64,000 nucleotides of DNA from Deltaproteobacteria bacterium (GTDB lineage Bacteria; Bdellovibrionota_C; UBA2361; JAGFJO01), in contig JAGFJO010000136.1 of the NCBI GenBank assembly GCA_024102635.1, positions 17,133 through 81,132 of the forward strand, given 5' to 3'. Position numbers and translations under genes: made by a program. Position 1 is the first letter of the stretch. Every line of letters starts with the position of its first letter. Shown here piece by piece: positions 25,867 through 35,548 of the stretch. The notes under the pieces were generated by a model. That model worked only from the letters and a program-made list of their open reading frames with translations, did not search any database and was not told where the DNA came from.

Positions 25867-28800
25867 ATGGTTGTAAGTGCTGCTTCCCATAATCAGAAGC
25901 TATTTCTCTTTCTCCGAAGGTTCGCTCCTCCCTCCATAGTAGAGAAAGGAATATCTCTTGCCCAACTGGGGTGTGTCACCGAGACAAGCAAATCCGGAAG
26001 CATTGTATCAGGATGTGTCCGCGATCAGGAAGAGCTCGTTTATAATCCATCCTTGGAGTTTATTTCGCAGAAAGACGTCCTTGCAGCATGCAGTTGCTGC
26101 AGCCGTGAGGAGATGCATGAACAGTGGTGTAGTCACGCCGTGGCTCTCCTGTGGCGCGCTACCGATCTCGGATTTTTCGAAAGCAACAGCGGGTTCGCAG
26201 CCCAAGAGTCCACGTTTCGCTTCAACATAAGTTCTCCCCAAGAGGTTGCAAACGTACTGGCCGAGTTGGGCCGCCAGGAAAATGAAGCTCCCGCACTCTC
26301 GCTGATAACTCCAGAAGTTTCGATTTATCTTGATCTGAACAGCGACAGACTCGGTGTTAGGCTGCTTTTTGACGGCGAAAGCCAAGGTCCGGCTCTGTTT
26401 GAATCGATCAGCCAGGCGTCCAGCCGCGCTTTAGATAACTTACTCTTACAGCTTCTAGATGAGCACGGAAGTTGGGACGATATTCAGCAGCTATGGTATG
26501 TGAACTCCAGCTCGGGAATTGAGAAGATACTGGGCCTCATTCAAGAGTATGAACACGCTTACCTGCAATCGAGCGGCGGTAAAATCCGATTTGACCACCG
26601 GCCAATAGGCGCCCGAGTCATATTGAACTGGAGCTCGAGCGGCCTGGAACTCAGCATGGAGTGGCTCCTTCCTGATGGGAAGGCGCTGCCTAAAGAACAA
26701 GAGCTATTGGGTACTGGCCCTTATTGGACCTGTATCGACTCTACGGTATATAGGCTCTCTCCGGTCGCAAGCCGTATCGCCGCACTTTTTGGATATGCGC
26801 CTAGAATTACTTTTTCACGCGCACAGTCAGGGCCGGTGTTGGAGGCTTTGCAGTCCATCACTTCGGACGTCGGGACCGTTATCGTGAAGAATCCCGCCTT
26901 GCAGCCGGAAACCCAGGTCTGTGCGCCACTCCCGGTGCTGGATCTTCAGCTCAGAGACACCGCACCGGAGCATTTCGATTCATCACAGACCATATACCTT
27001 AACGCCAAGCTGGAATTCGACTATCCCTCACCGCCTGCCAAGCGTAATTTGGTTTATCTGCCTGACCGCGGCATGGAGCGGGAATATGTGGGCGAGCTGC
27101 ATAAATTGGGGTTTCAAACGACCGCCGAACGAAACGTGTATCAGGTGTCTGGAGATGCCGCTCTAGATCTTATCGAGGCCGGTGAAAAGGCATTTTCCCG
27201 CAATTGGACGGTTAATGGGCTCGACACTTTGCGCAGCAGCATCCGCTTTTCGGATCTCTCAATCAACCTTTCCGTGGGCAGAGGCGCCAATGCGGATAAG
27301 AAGAGTAAATCGGCCGGAGCCCTCGACTGGTTCGATTGTCATGTTTCCCTTATACGTAATAACGCCAATATTCCAATCAGCACTCTATTCAAAAGCGCGA
27401 GAGGCGACAACGATCGCTGGATCTGCCTCGATAATGGTTCTTACGCGCGAGTTCCCGGTGGAGGCCTTAGCTACCTTAAAACCACACTGGGTGTAATTGA
27501 TCCTAACTTCCGCCTTAGCAACACCATTAAAGCCCGGCTTAACGTAGCTCAAACGGTGAGTTTGAGCCGGATAGAGGAGTCCGGTTTTAACCTGACAATC
27601 GGATCCGATGTTGAAGCTCTAGCTGATAAGTTCAAGAACTTTAAGAGTATAAAAAGCGTTAAGGCGCCCAAATCGTTTCACGGTAAGTTGCGTCACTACC
27701 AAGAAGACGGTGTCAGCTGGCTGAACTTTTTGATGGAGTTCGAGTTGGGCGGGATTTTAGCCGATGAAATGGGGTTGGGCAAAACCGTTCAAGCGCTAGC
27801 TTTTCTACAATTTCTAAAAGGAAGCGCAAAAGGCTCAAAGGGCAAGCCTGCATTGATAATTGCGCCTACATCAGTCATCACCAACTGGTGCTACGAAGCG
27901 AAGCGCTTTACACCTGAACTTAAAGTGCTGCTGCTTCACGGCCCGGAGCGCAAGTCGCAGTTTCAGTCGATCCCGGAATATGACGTCGTCATAACTTCTT
28001 ATGCACTGCTGCGGATTGACCGTTACGACTTGGAAAAATACGAGTTTTTATACTGCATATTGGACGAGGCTCAGAACATAAAAAACGCACAGGCTGCGAC
28101 CACCAAAGCAGCGAAGGCTATTCGTGCCCGCCACCGCTTAGCCATGACGGGCACTCCGACCGAGAATCGTCCGATGGAGCTTTGGTCTATAATGGATTTC
28201 TTGATGCCCGGCTACCTCGGATCTCTTGAGTTTTTCAGACAGTATATCGAGAAGCCCATTTTGGAAGGCGGCCCCGGAGTACAAGTGGCGCGCTTTCTCA
28301 ACGCGAAAACACGTCCATTCATTTTAAGGCGCACAAAAGCCGAGGTTGAAAGAGATCTTCCGCCGAAGATCGAGTCCGTACTGCACGTGGAGATGACTCC
28401 TTCGCAGCGCCAGCTTTACGGGCAGATTTTGGCTGAAGTGCGGCCAAAAGTTTTTGAAGCCGTTAGCAAAAAAGGGATTCGCGGAGCCAGTGTTTCAATA
28501 CTAGCCGCTCTGCTGCGCTTGCGTCAGGTTTGCAACCATCCGAATTCCATCGAGTCGCTTAGAGAACTTCCCGGCTTTGACTCGGGCAAATTCAATCTTT
28601 TACAGGAGCTTTTAGAAGAGGCTTTAGACAGCGGTAGAAAAATTCTTCTGTTCAGCCAGTTCAAGGATATGCTGGCGTTGATACGCCAGTGGCTAGCAAG
28701 CAAACAGGTAGAGTACCTCTACCTCGATGGAGGAACAAAGGAGCGTCAACCTCTAATAGACCGGTTCAACGGCGACGAGTCGATACGGCTTTTTCTCATC

Positions 28801-29112
28801 AGCCTGAAGGCTGGCGGTACCGGTTTAAATCTCGCCTCGGCTGATACCGTTATAATATACGACCCATGGTGGAATCCCGCTGTTGAAAGCCAAGCTGTCG
28901 ATAGGGCCCATAGAATCGGTCAAAAGCGCACAGTCAACGTCTATCGGCTTGTGACTGAAAATTCCGTAGAGCAGAAAATAATGGAGCTTAAGAGCAAAAA
29001 ATCAAAGATCGTAGACGCTCTGATTAATGAGAACGGATTATCAACGGCCAAGCTTACTCAATCCGACCTGGAGAGTTTGTTTAGCGCATTCCCGGAATCG
29101 GGTGGTTTGTAG
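25867..29112 (+). CDS. SWIM zinc-finger SNF2 family helicase
   Basis: SWIM 'CSCCSREEMHEQWCSHAVALL', motif I 'LADEMGLGKT', motif II 'DEAQNIKN' and motif VI 'QAVDRAHRIGQKR'. Confidence 0.9.
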   Translation: MVVSAASHNQKLFLFLRRFAPPSIVEKGISLAQLGCVTETSKSGSIVSGCVRDQEELVYNPSLEFISQKDVLAACSCCSREEMHEQWCSHAVALLWRATDLGFFESNSGFAAQESTFRFNISSPQEVANVLAELGRQENEAPALSLITPEVSIYLDLNSDRLGVRLLFDGESQGPALFESISQASSRALDNLLLQLLDEHGSWDDIQQLWYVNSSSGIEKILGLIQEYEHAYLQSSGGKIRFDHRPIGARVILNWSSSGLELSMEWLLPDGKALPKEQELLGTGPYWTCIDSTVYRLSPVASRIAALFGYAPRITFSRAQSGPVLEALQSITSDVGTVIVKNPALQPETQVCAPLPVLDLQLRDTAPEHFDSSQTIYLNAKLEFDYPSPPAKRNLVYLPDRGMEREYVGELHKLGFQTTAERNVYQVSGDAALDLIEAGEKAFSRNWTVNGLDTLRSSIRFSDLSINLSVGRGANADKKSKSAGALDWFDCHVSLIRNNANIPISTLFKSARGDNDRWICLDNGSYARVPGGGLSYLKTTLGVIDPNFRLSNTIKARLNVAQTVSLSRIEESGFNLTIGSDVEALADKFKNFKSIKSVKAPKSFHGKLRHYQEDGVSWLNFLMEFELGGILADEMGLGKTVQALAFLQFLKGSAKGSKGKPALIIAPTSVITNWCYEAKRFTPELKVLLLHGPERKSQFQSIPEYDVVITSYALLRIDRYDLEKYEFLYCILDEAQNIKNAQAATTKAAKAIRARHRLAMTGTPTENRPMELWSIMDFLMPGYLGSLEFFRQYIEKPILEGGPGVQVARFLNAKTRPFILRRTKAEVERDLPPKIESVLHVEMTPSQRQLYGQILAEVRPKVFEAVSKKGIRGASVSILAALLRLRQVCNHPNSIESLRELPGFDSGKFNLLQELLEEALDSGRKILLFSQFKDMLALIRQWLASKQVEYLYLDGGTKERQPLIDRFNGDESIRLFLISLKAGGTGLNLASADTVIIYDPWWNPAVESQAVDRAHRIGQKRTVNVYRLVTENSVEQKIMELKSKKSKIVDALINENGLSTAKLTQSDLESLFSAFPESGGL

Positions 29113-29236
29113 AAAATAACTTTCGGCATCAGCGAAGCGCACGCCTCCAACCGTTCGAATAAGCTGCGGCGCGTCCGCCGAAGCCATAAGGCGCAGGCGG
29201 ATAACGAAGTATGGGGCAGTTTTCTACAAAGCAATA

Positions 29237-30268
29237 CTAGATCAGCCAGCCCCACCCATGCCCCCGGCGAATCACAACCTTCGCTATATCAAGTAATTCA
29301 TTTTTGCGCTCGGCCGAGTCAATGGAGAGAGCATTCCAAAAACGTTCATCAACTTTGTCGGCACGCCCCATACGGATCTCTTCGCAAATAGTGAGCGCCG
29401 CCAACCACTTGAGTTGCTGATTGTTCTCTGCAATATCTCCTTTATTGGCGTATGCATAACTGACCGTCCCGAAAGAGGCGTCACGACCGCATCCGGCTGC
29501 TGAAAGCATCATAGCGCTAACTTGTAAGGGATCACATTTATAGATCGAATGGCCCACTGAACCGATTTCGCGGCCCGTTGCAAGCGCTTCCAACGCAGTC
29601 CGGGCTTGTTCAAGTTCCCCATTCGCAAGAAGGATCGCCAATCCTGCGCGGCTTGCGAATCCAGCGAGCATGCCTCGGCCGCGGCCAAACTCCTTGTCAT
29701 ACTGCCCCACGTGAGAGCCTATATGACAGCGCAAAATCGCATCCTCAAGAATCGGCCTCCAAATGCGCTCGAACTGGCGTGAGGCCAAACGCCTGCAAAC
29801 TGCATGTATTACACTGACGGCGGCGACCAAATTCGGCGGAACCACATTAAGGGCTTTGCGAAGATCGTTGATTTTTTCTCCCGAGCCAAGGACGGGATCA
29901 CTGGCGGCTGCAAATATTAAACGTCTAAGGCCAAGCACAAAGCCCTCAGGTAATTTAACCTCCTTTGCGGAACTAGCGAATACGAAGTTCGACAATCTCC
30001 AGATGAACCATGGGACTGGCTTGAATCTTGCCACAATTCTTCCAGCCTCTCGCCAAGCCTCGGCCTCTTCAGGGTCAGTTGCCCCGTCGGTTAGACTTAG
30101 GACTTGGGCCTCTGTCTCCCGCAGCGTGCGCTCAAGTTCGACCTCAAAGCTGTCTTTTTCGGGTGCTGCTTCAGGCTCGACTACGAGACCAGCGCGAGAG
30201 CTCTTGCCATCCCCCTGGATCACCATTTCATTAATAAGGGTGCCTGGTCCTGAAGTATCCTTCTTCAT
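29237..30268 (-). CDS. Hypothetical protein (possibly a degenerate HDOD-like domain)
   Basis: 343-aa ORF. 'GMLAGFASRAGLAILLA' vaguely resembles the HDOD 'GLLHDIGKL' region but lacks the HD residues. The assignment is weak. Confidence 0.45.
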   Translation of the reverse strand: MKKDTSGPGTLINEMVIQGDGKSSRAGLVVEPEAAPEKDSFEVELERTLRETEAQVLSLTDGATDPEEAEAWREAGRIVARFKPVPWFIWRLSNFVFASSAKEVKLPEGFVLGLRRLIFAAASDPVLGSGEKINDLRKALNVVPPNLVAAVSVIHAVCRRLASRQFERIWRPILEDAILRCHIGSHVGQYDKEFGRGRGMLAGFASRAGLAILLANGELEQARTALEALATGREIGSVGHSIYKCDPLQVSAMMLSAAGCGRDASFGTVSYAYANKGDIAENNQQLKWLAALTICEEIRMGRADKVDERFWNALSIDSAERKNELLDIAKVVIRRGHGWGWLI

Positions 30269-30482
30269 ACTAGTCTATAAACTACTAATTATTTGAATAA
30301 GTTACAAGATAACCAGCGAATCTTAAATCCGCCACCCCACGGCCAGCGTCCTAATAGCGGAGCATTTATTGAAGCAATGTAAATGCTTGTCTTAACTCGA
30401 ATACTAGGTTAGTAGAAAGAGTAAGTTTTTTGATTACCAACATGCAAGCTATTAACGCTATTTTTTAGGCTTGGGAGTTCTA

Positions 30483-30815
30483 ATGACTAATTCACGTTAC
30501 TGTCTCACTAAGGCGGACCTGGCAGACTCCATTTATGAGGCGCTGCCGATCGACAAGCAGAAAGCTGCGCAGATCGTAGAGGACTATATCGAGATCATTA
30601 AGGAAGCCCTTGAGAAGTACGGCAAAGTTATGCTCTCCGGATTCGGCTCTTACGAGGTTAAGTCGAAGCCTCCTCGCCGCGGCCGCAACCCTCAAACTGG
30701 TGATTCTATAATTCTCCGCGCACGGCGAGTTGTTAAATTCAAGCCCAGTCAGTTACTTAGAAAGGCAATCAACGGCCAGGCCATCAGTGAGGGCGACGAG
30801 GACGACGTCGGCTAG
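30483..30815 (+). CDS. Integration host factor/HU family DNA-binding protein
   Basis: 'LTKADLADSIYE', 'LSGFGSYEVKSKPPRRGRNPQTGDSI' and 'VVKFKPSQLLRKAI'. I chose the start at ATG 30483. Confidence 0.88.
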   Translation: MTNSRYCLTKADLADSIYEALPIDKQKAAQIVEDYIEIIKEALEKYGKVMLSGFGSYEVKSKPPRRGRNPQTGDSIILRARRVVKFKPSQLLRKAINGQAISEGDEDDVG

Positions 30816-30866
30816 AAAAACTGGTTCGAAACTGTAAACGGTGCCCCGGCAGTAAGCGGCTCTATG

Positions 30867-30911
30867 CCTAGCGGCCCTGTTCCTAGCAGCCCTGTTCCTA
30901 GCAGCCATGCT
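30867..30911. repeat. 15-bp tandem repeat, three copies
   Basis: 'cctagcggccctgtt', 'cctagcagccctgtt' and 'cctagcagccatgct', beginning 52 nt after the IHF stop codon (30813-30815). Confidence 0.85.
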
Positions 30912-31026
30912 CCCTCAAGCACTCAACTTGGAACTCCTGCTCACTAACTTTTGCTTAAAAGCACACCCTTTGGAGATCTCTGCTCTTCGAAAGTGGCCGT
31001 ATAAAGATTAGATAAAATTGTAATGA

Positions 31027-31371
31027 CTACGAGCGGGGCGCAACCGTCGAAGTCTCCAGGCCTTCATCGCTTCCAAACAACATGGCCGGATTGCGGGCTT
31101 GGAATCCAGCTTGCTTAATCCTCAGCCAAATATCTCGCGCTACCTCCTTGTTCTCGTTGTTAAGGAGAGTAAAAATGTCCGGTGTAGTTAGGATCTGATT
31201 CATCACCGCAAAAGCGTATACAGGGGGCGCTGTTTCCTCCGCCATCTTATCGCGTACATTTTGCAGAAAAGCCTTTAGATCCGCTTCGTTATTAATCTCG
31301 CCCAAAAATTGAGCCGGAGGAGCAGCTGCTGCTTTATTATTTTTACTCTTTCCATCTCTTTTCTGTTTCAT
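31027..31371 (-). CDS. Hypothetical protein
   Basis: 114-aa ORF with a basic N-terminus 'MKQKRDGKSKNNKAAAAPP'. No known motif. Confidence 0.5.
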   Translation of the reverse strand: MKQKRDGKSKNNKAAAAPPAQFLGEINNEADLKAFLQNVRDKMAEETAPPVYAFAVMNQILTTPDIFTLLNNENKEVARDIWLRIKQAGFQARNPAMLFGSDEGLETSTVAPRS

Positions 31372-31608
31372 TTTACCGGCTCCGATTTTAATTGCTTCCA
31401 GCTCTCTTAACTATTGATGCTCAATTGAGGCCTTCCTATTCGCAGTAAGGAAGCCATAGAACATGATTAACATTCAGCTATTGATCCCCTTAGGGATGAA
31501 TATGCGCAGCTGAACGTTTACAACATAAACGAAACACACATACCAGCACAATATCACGGAATATTAATCGTTCCTAATGTGCAGATCATGAGGCAGATCG
31601 CTGCTACG

Positions 31609-32313
31609 CTATCGATCGATAGGCGTAAACTCAATAGCCTGGCTATAGCGCGATGGATAATCGGCGGGGTCAATCAGCACCGGAGAATCCACTACCATCG
31701 CTTTTGTCTCAATCCTTCTTGGCTCTATTCCGGCGCGAATCAGGAAATTTCCCAGGATCTTAGCTCGCTCGGTGGAGAGGTGCCGTGCATACTCGGACTC
31801 AGAGCTTGCAGCCTTTGTGTATACTGCTATTTGAAAGCGTGACCATGGATAACGCTGCTTATTCATAGCAGCAAGTTCCTGAATCAATGGCCAAGCGCAC
31901 GAGCGAAGCTTCACCTGATCGCTGTAGAAGAAAATATCCGCCGGATAAATGTCGCGCGTCGGATGGAGTTCGAGCCTGCGCTTATAATGTTCATTCAGAA
32001 TTTCATGGGCTAAAGCTCTCTGTCTCTCGGCATCCGTCTCTCTTGCAAGTGACATCAGGCTAATCTCGACCTGATCCTTGAAAAACCCCTGGATACCGCC
32101 GGCCACAGCACCGACGCCGGCTCCTACGGCAGCGCCTGGTCCGCTCGCAGCCGCAACCTGAAAGCCGGTTACTGCACCGGCGCCTGCGCCTACGAGAGCT
32201 CCGCCCAGCTCTCCCTCGAACTGCTTATCCGGGCCCGGAGTAGGGCCAGCGCATGCAGTGAGCAACAAAGCGCACAACAACGGGGTTGCCAGCGTTTTAA
32301 GTTTTTGGCGCAT
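31609..32313 (-). CDS. OmpA-like lipoprotein
   Basis: Lipobox 'LLLTACAG', a Gly/Ala-rich segment, and C-terminal 'LSTERAKILGNFLIRAGIEPRRI' (OmpA_C-like). I chose the start at Met 32313. Confidence 0.65.
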   Translation of the reverse strand: MRQKLKTLATPLLCALLLTACAGPTPGPDKQFEGELGGALVGAGAGAVTGFQVAAASGPGAAVGAGVGAVAGGIQGFFKDQVEISLMSLARETDAERQRALAHEILNEHYKRRLELHPTRDIYPADIFFYSDQVKLRSCAWPLIQELAAMNKQRYPWSRFQIAVYTKAASSESEYARHLSTERAKILGNFLIRAGIEPRRIETKAMVVDSPVLIDPADYPSRYSQAIEFTPIDR

Positions 32314-32335
32314 TCCAGCCCTCTTTATGTAAAAA

Positions 32336-33829
32336 CTACGAACAGCTGCGAAGCCGCTGATCAAAGGTACACCGCTTTAGCCCTCCCATGGGATACTTGT
32401 CTGGACGGGCGAGAATGTCTTCTTTCAGCGCATTATACGCTGTTTCATTCCCCACGACAACAGCAACCATCTTGTCAGGATGCCAGCGCGACTGTGCCAC
32501 GGCTTTAATCTCTTCAGGTGTCATAGCCGAAACCTTCCCGAGGTAGGTAAGATCATAGTCTTTGGGATACTTCAGAAGCTTCAAAAGTACAGTCCGCCGC
32601 ACCAGATCGTCTGGAGTATCGAGCCTAAATATAAAGGAATTTTTAATGCTTTTCCTAGCTTGTTCCAGCTCGGCCTGGTCAAGCACTCCATCTTTCATAT
32701 CCGACAACACGTCGAGCGATTCGACGATGGCGGGAGCTGTGGACTCCGATTTCGTTTGTAAGACCATCACCGCCTGTCCAACCGGAAAGCCGGGAATGAC
32801 TCCGCCAAAAATCGCATAAACCAGTCCTAGCTCGGTGCGAATCCGCTTCATTAGTCTCGAGCCGAAATCTCCCCCACCGAATATCGTATTAAATCCTTCG
32901 ATGGCGATGTGGTCCGATGAAAGCCGCTGCGGCCCTAAATGCCCGAGGTATACTGTAGACTGGGAAAAAGGAAGTTGAATAAAGTATACTCCAGGCTCAG
33001 CCTTCATGTTTATCTCCGGCAGCTCTCCCAAAGCAGGAGATACGCCGCCCCAGCCGCTGAAGTTTTTTTCCAATATTTCCTCAAGCTCTCTGCGCGAGAT
33101 CTTACCTGTTATAGCAAGAGCGCTCCCAGCCGGCTTCACAAACTGCCGGTGCAGTCTCAAGAGATCAATACGATCAATGCGTCGAACATCCTCTGCAACC
33201 AACACCTGGCCAAGCGGAGTGTCTCCATATACAAGCTGCTTGAACGCCAAACTAGCAACCGTGTTCGGATCGTCACGCCGCCTCTTAATCGACTCGAAAG
33301 CTTGCCCCTTCCAAAGCTCTAGCCGATCCTGCTGAAAACGCGGATTCCTCACCACATCTGCCACCAGTGACAAGACGCGCGGCGCGTCCGAGCTTAGGCA
33401 GGAGAAGGAAATCGTGCCGAACTCACTACCATACTCGGTGCCGATAGCTGCTGCCAATTTCTCAAGCTCTAGATCAAGCTCATCAGCGCTTAGTTCTCCA
33501 GCGCCTCCCTGACGCATCTGCTGCCCCATTACCTGCAATGCGCCTGGAAGCTCTTGCGGCTCCCATAAAGTTCCTCCGGGAATATAAAAGGTCCCTCTAA
33601 GGATCGGAATCTCCTCATCATAGAGGAAGTACACAGTCATGCCGTTGGCGAGCTGCCAGCTCTGCGGCGCTTGTTGCTCGTACTCATCTAGATCTACCTC
33701 AGGAGGTGGCGGAATTACCGCGCTGCGGCCGGCGGCACCGGAAGAACATCCGCTCAGCATTAACAAAGTGGCGATGACGACAGCAAGAAATGCCGCGACC
33801 GAAGATTTGGAACCCTTTTCCCCGACCAT
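32336..33829 (-). CDS. M16 family peptidase, non-catalytic-type subunit
   Basis: M16 fold-length protein paired with the upstream M16 gene. It lacks HxxEH ('ALQVMGQQMRQGG' sits at that position). Lipoprotein-like N-terminus 'LLMLSGCS'. Confidence 0.75.
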   Translation of the reverse strand: MVGEKGSKSSVAAFLAVVIATLLMLSGCSSGAAGRSAVIPPPPEVDLDEYEQQAPQSWQLANGMTVYFLYDEEIPILRGTFYIPGGTLWEPQELPGALQVMGQQMRQGGAGELSADELDLELEKLAAAIGTEYGSEFGTISFSCLSSDAPRVLSLVADVVRNPRFQQDRLELWKGQAFESIKRRRDDPNTVASLAFKQLVYGDTPLGQVLVAEDVRRIDRIDLLRLHRQFVKPAGSALAITGKISRRELEEILEKNFSGWGGVSPALGELPEINMKAEPGVYFIQLPFSQSTVYLGHLGPQRLSSDHIAIEGFNTIFGGGDFGSRLMKRIRTELGLVYAIFGGVIPGFPVGQAVMVLQTKSESTAPAIVESLDVLSDMKDGVLDQAELEQARKSIKNSFIFRLDTPDDLVRRTVLLKLLKYPKDYDLTYLGKVSAMTPEEIKAVAQSRWHPDKMVAVVVGNETAYNALKEDILARPDKYPMGGLKRCTFDQRLRSCS

Positions 33830-33835
33830 AGTTGC

Positions 33836-35428
33836 CTAACTCTCTCCGCTGGAACTCAAGCCTGAAGCACCTGCCCGATCACTGCTCTTTGCACTTGAAT
33901 TTACATTTGAAATGGTACCGATAACCCGGTGATTAGGTCTTAAATACTGATCCGCCACACGCTCGACATCCTTTACAGTTACTTTCATCGCCTCATCATA
34001 CCAATCAAGTGAGGCGTCCCACTTACTGTAAAGAAGCTCTGAAGAAGCAAAATCCCGCGCCAACGACATGTTGGATTGAAGGTGCCCCAGATAATCCATT
34101 GCTATTGAGCGCTTCGCAATCGCTAGCTCTTGATCGCTCACCACGCGGCGCCGGAACTTTTCAATGACTTTATCAAACTCGTTCAGGACTTCCTCGTTAG
34201 AATGTGGCCTGTTCGGCGTAATTGAAAAAAACATCAGGTTCGGATATGACACTCCCGGCCCCTCCGAGTAATCGACCTGGGAGGCTACCTTTCTCTTCTT
34301 AACTAGCTCCGTATAAACAGGTGAAACCCTGCTTCCAACTAGTATCTCTCCCATCATTGAGATGGGAGCGTCGTCCGGATGTGGATAATTCGGCTTGGGA
34401 TACGCAATAGTTATTACCGGTGAGGCCTCTCTTTCTAAATTGATTCTCCTTTCACCATGCAGATCTCCCTCTACTATGGAGGGTCTAGGCGGCACAGGTC
34501 CGACGGGGATCCGTCCGAAGTACCGTTCGACAAACGGCAGATCCCGCTCGGGGATGACATCTCCTACCAAACTGATGACCATGTTGGCCGGGACGTAATA
34601 TTTGCGGTGAAATTTCTCGGTCATCGTGGCGGTGAGCCTCTGAAGATCTTCGGGGTAGCCGATTACGGGATTTCGATAAGGATGTTTAAGATAGGCCACT
34701 CCCAACATCATTTCGTAGAGTTTGCCCTCCGGATCGTCCTCTGAGCGCATCCGGCGCTCTTCCATTACGACATCACGCTCCTGGTAAAACTGTCTCATGA
34801 CGGGATTAAGTAATCGCTCGGATTCAGCCCAACACCAAAATTCAAATGCCGATCGCGGCAGATTCACAAAGTAGTTAGTTATTTCCTTAGAGGTAGTGGC
34901 ATTCATGCCGCTTGCGCCGCGCCGTTCATACTGAACACTGTAGTCCCCGACTATCCAAACCTTCTTCAGTTCATCGTAAATGGCGGACAGCCGTTCTTTC
35001 TCCTCTTCACTGAGCTTGATCCCGTTGCTCTCTTTCTGAGCAAGTGATTCCAACTCGTCGAGCAGCGGCGCCTCCTTGCTGTAATTTTTTGTACCGATCT
35101 GCGGGGTGCCCTTGAAAGCCATATGTTCTAACATATGAGATATGCCGGTCTCCCCCGGAGTTTCGTCAACTCCTCCAACGCGTACGGCTATTAGTCCTGC
35201 AAACACAGGTGCGATGCCGCGGCGATGCATTATCACTCGCAAGCCGTTGCTTAGAGTGAATGTCCGGACATTTTCGCGGAGCTGCCGGAGCGCGCTTTCC
35301 GAACCGGCCTTATCATCTGCAATGGTTGGGGCCGGACGAGCAAACTGCAAGATGGTGAAAAAAACACCGGCCATCAGGGCTGCGATAAAGCCGTATCGGG
35401 TTTTGACTGCACTTATGGAGATCGCCAT
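33836..35428 (-). CDS. M16 family zinc metallopeptidase (insulinase-like)
   Basis: 'HMLEHMAFKGT' inverted zinc motif (HxxEH). Confidence 0.88.
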   Translation of the reverse strand: MAISISAVKTRYGFIAALMAGVFFTILQFARPAPTIADDKAGSESALRQLRENVRTFTLSNGLRVIMHRRGIAPVFAGLIAVRVGGVDETPGETGISHMLEHMAFKGTPQIGTKNYSKEAPLLDELESLAQKESNGIKLSEEEKERLSAIYDELKKVWIVGDYSVQYERRGASGMNATTSKEITNYFVNLPRSAFEFWCWAESERLLNPVMRQFYQERDVVMEERRMRSEDDPEGKLYEMMLGVAYLKHPYRNPVIGYPEDLQRLTATMTEKFHRKYYVPANMVISLVGDVIPERDLPFVERYFGRIPVGPVPPRPSIVEGDLHGERRINLEREASPVITIAYPKPNYPHPDDAPISMMGEILVGSRVSPVYTELVKKRKVASQVDYSEGPGVSYPNLMFFSITPNRPHSNEEVLNEFDKVIEKFRRRVVSDQELAIAKRSIAMDYLGHLQSNMSLARDFASSELLYSKWDASLDWYDEAMKVTVKDVERVADQYLRPNHRVIGTISNVNSSAKSSDRAGASGLSSSGES

Positions 35429-35548
35429 AGTACTGCATTAGACAATCTCCCTTTTGGTTGCGCAAGTATCCGCGAGCCCGGAAAATAGGCGGCTCCGGCA
35501 ATAACAAACGGCTGTATCCCGCCGCTTGCCAAATTTGCTGAAAGGAAA

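Noticed and set aside
25867-29112. SWIM-SNF2 helicase as part of a defence system (DISARM/BREX-like)
   Set aside because: No methyltransferase, PLD, DUF1998 or other partner genes are adjacent. The SWIM plus SNF2 architecture is a common stand-alone RapA/YwqA-like housekeeping protein.
29578-30296. ORFs 29578-29817, 29763-30296 and 30028-30234 (+)
   Set aside because: They are shadow frames antisense to the 343-aa minus-strand ORF, and they are Arg/Ser/Pro-rich.
30867-30911. Tandem repeat considered as a mini-CRISPR or coding repeat
   Set aside because: The 15-bp units are directly abutting with no spacers. The only ATG-initiated ORF across them is ~27 aa, with stop codons just upstream.
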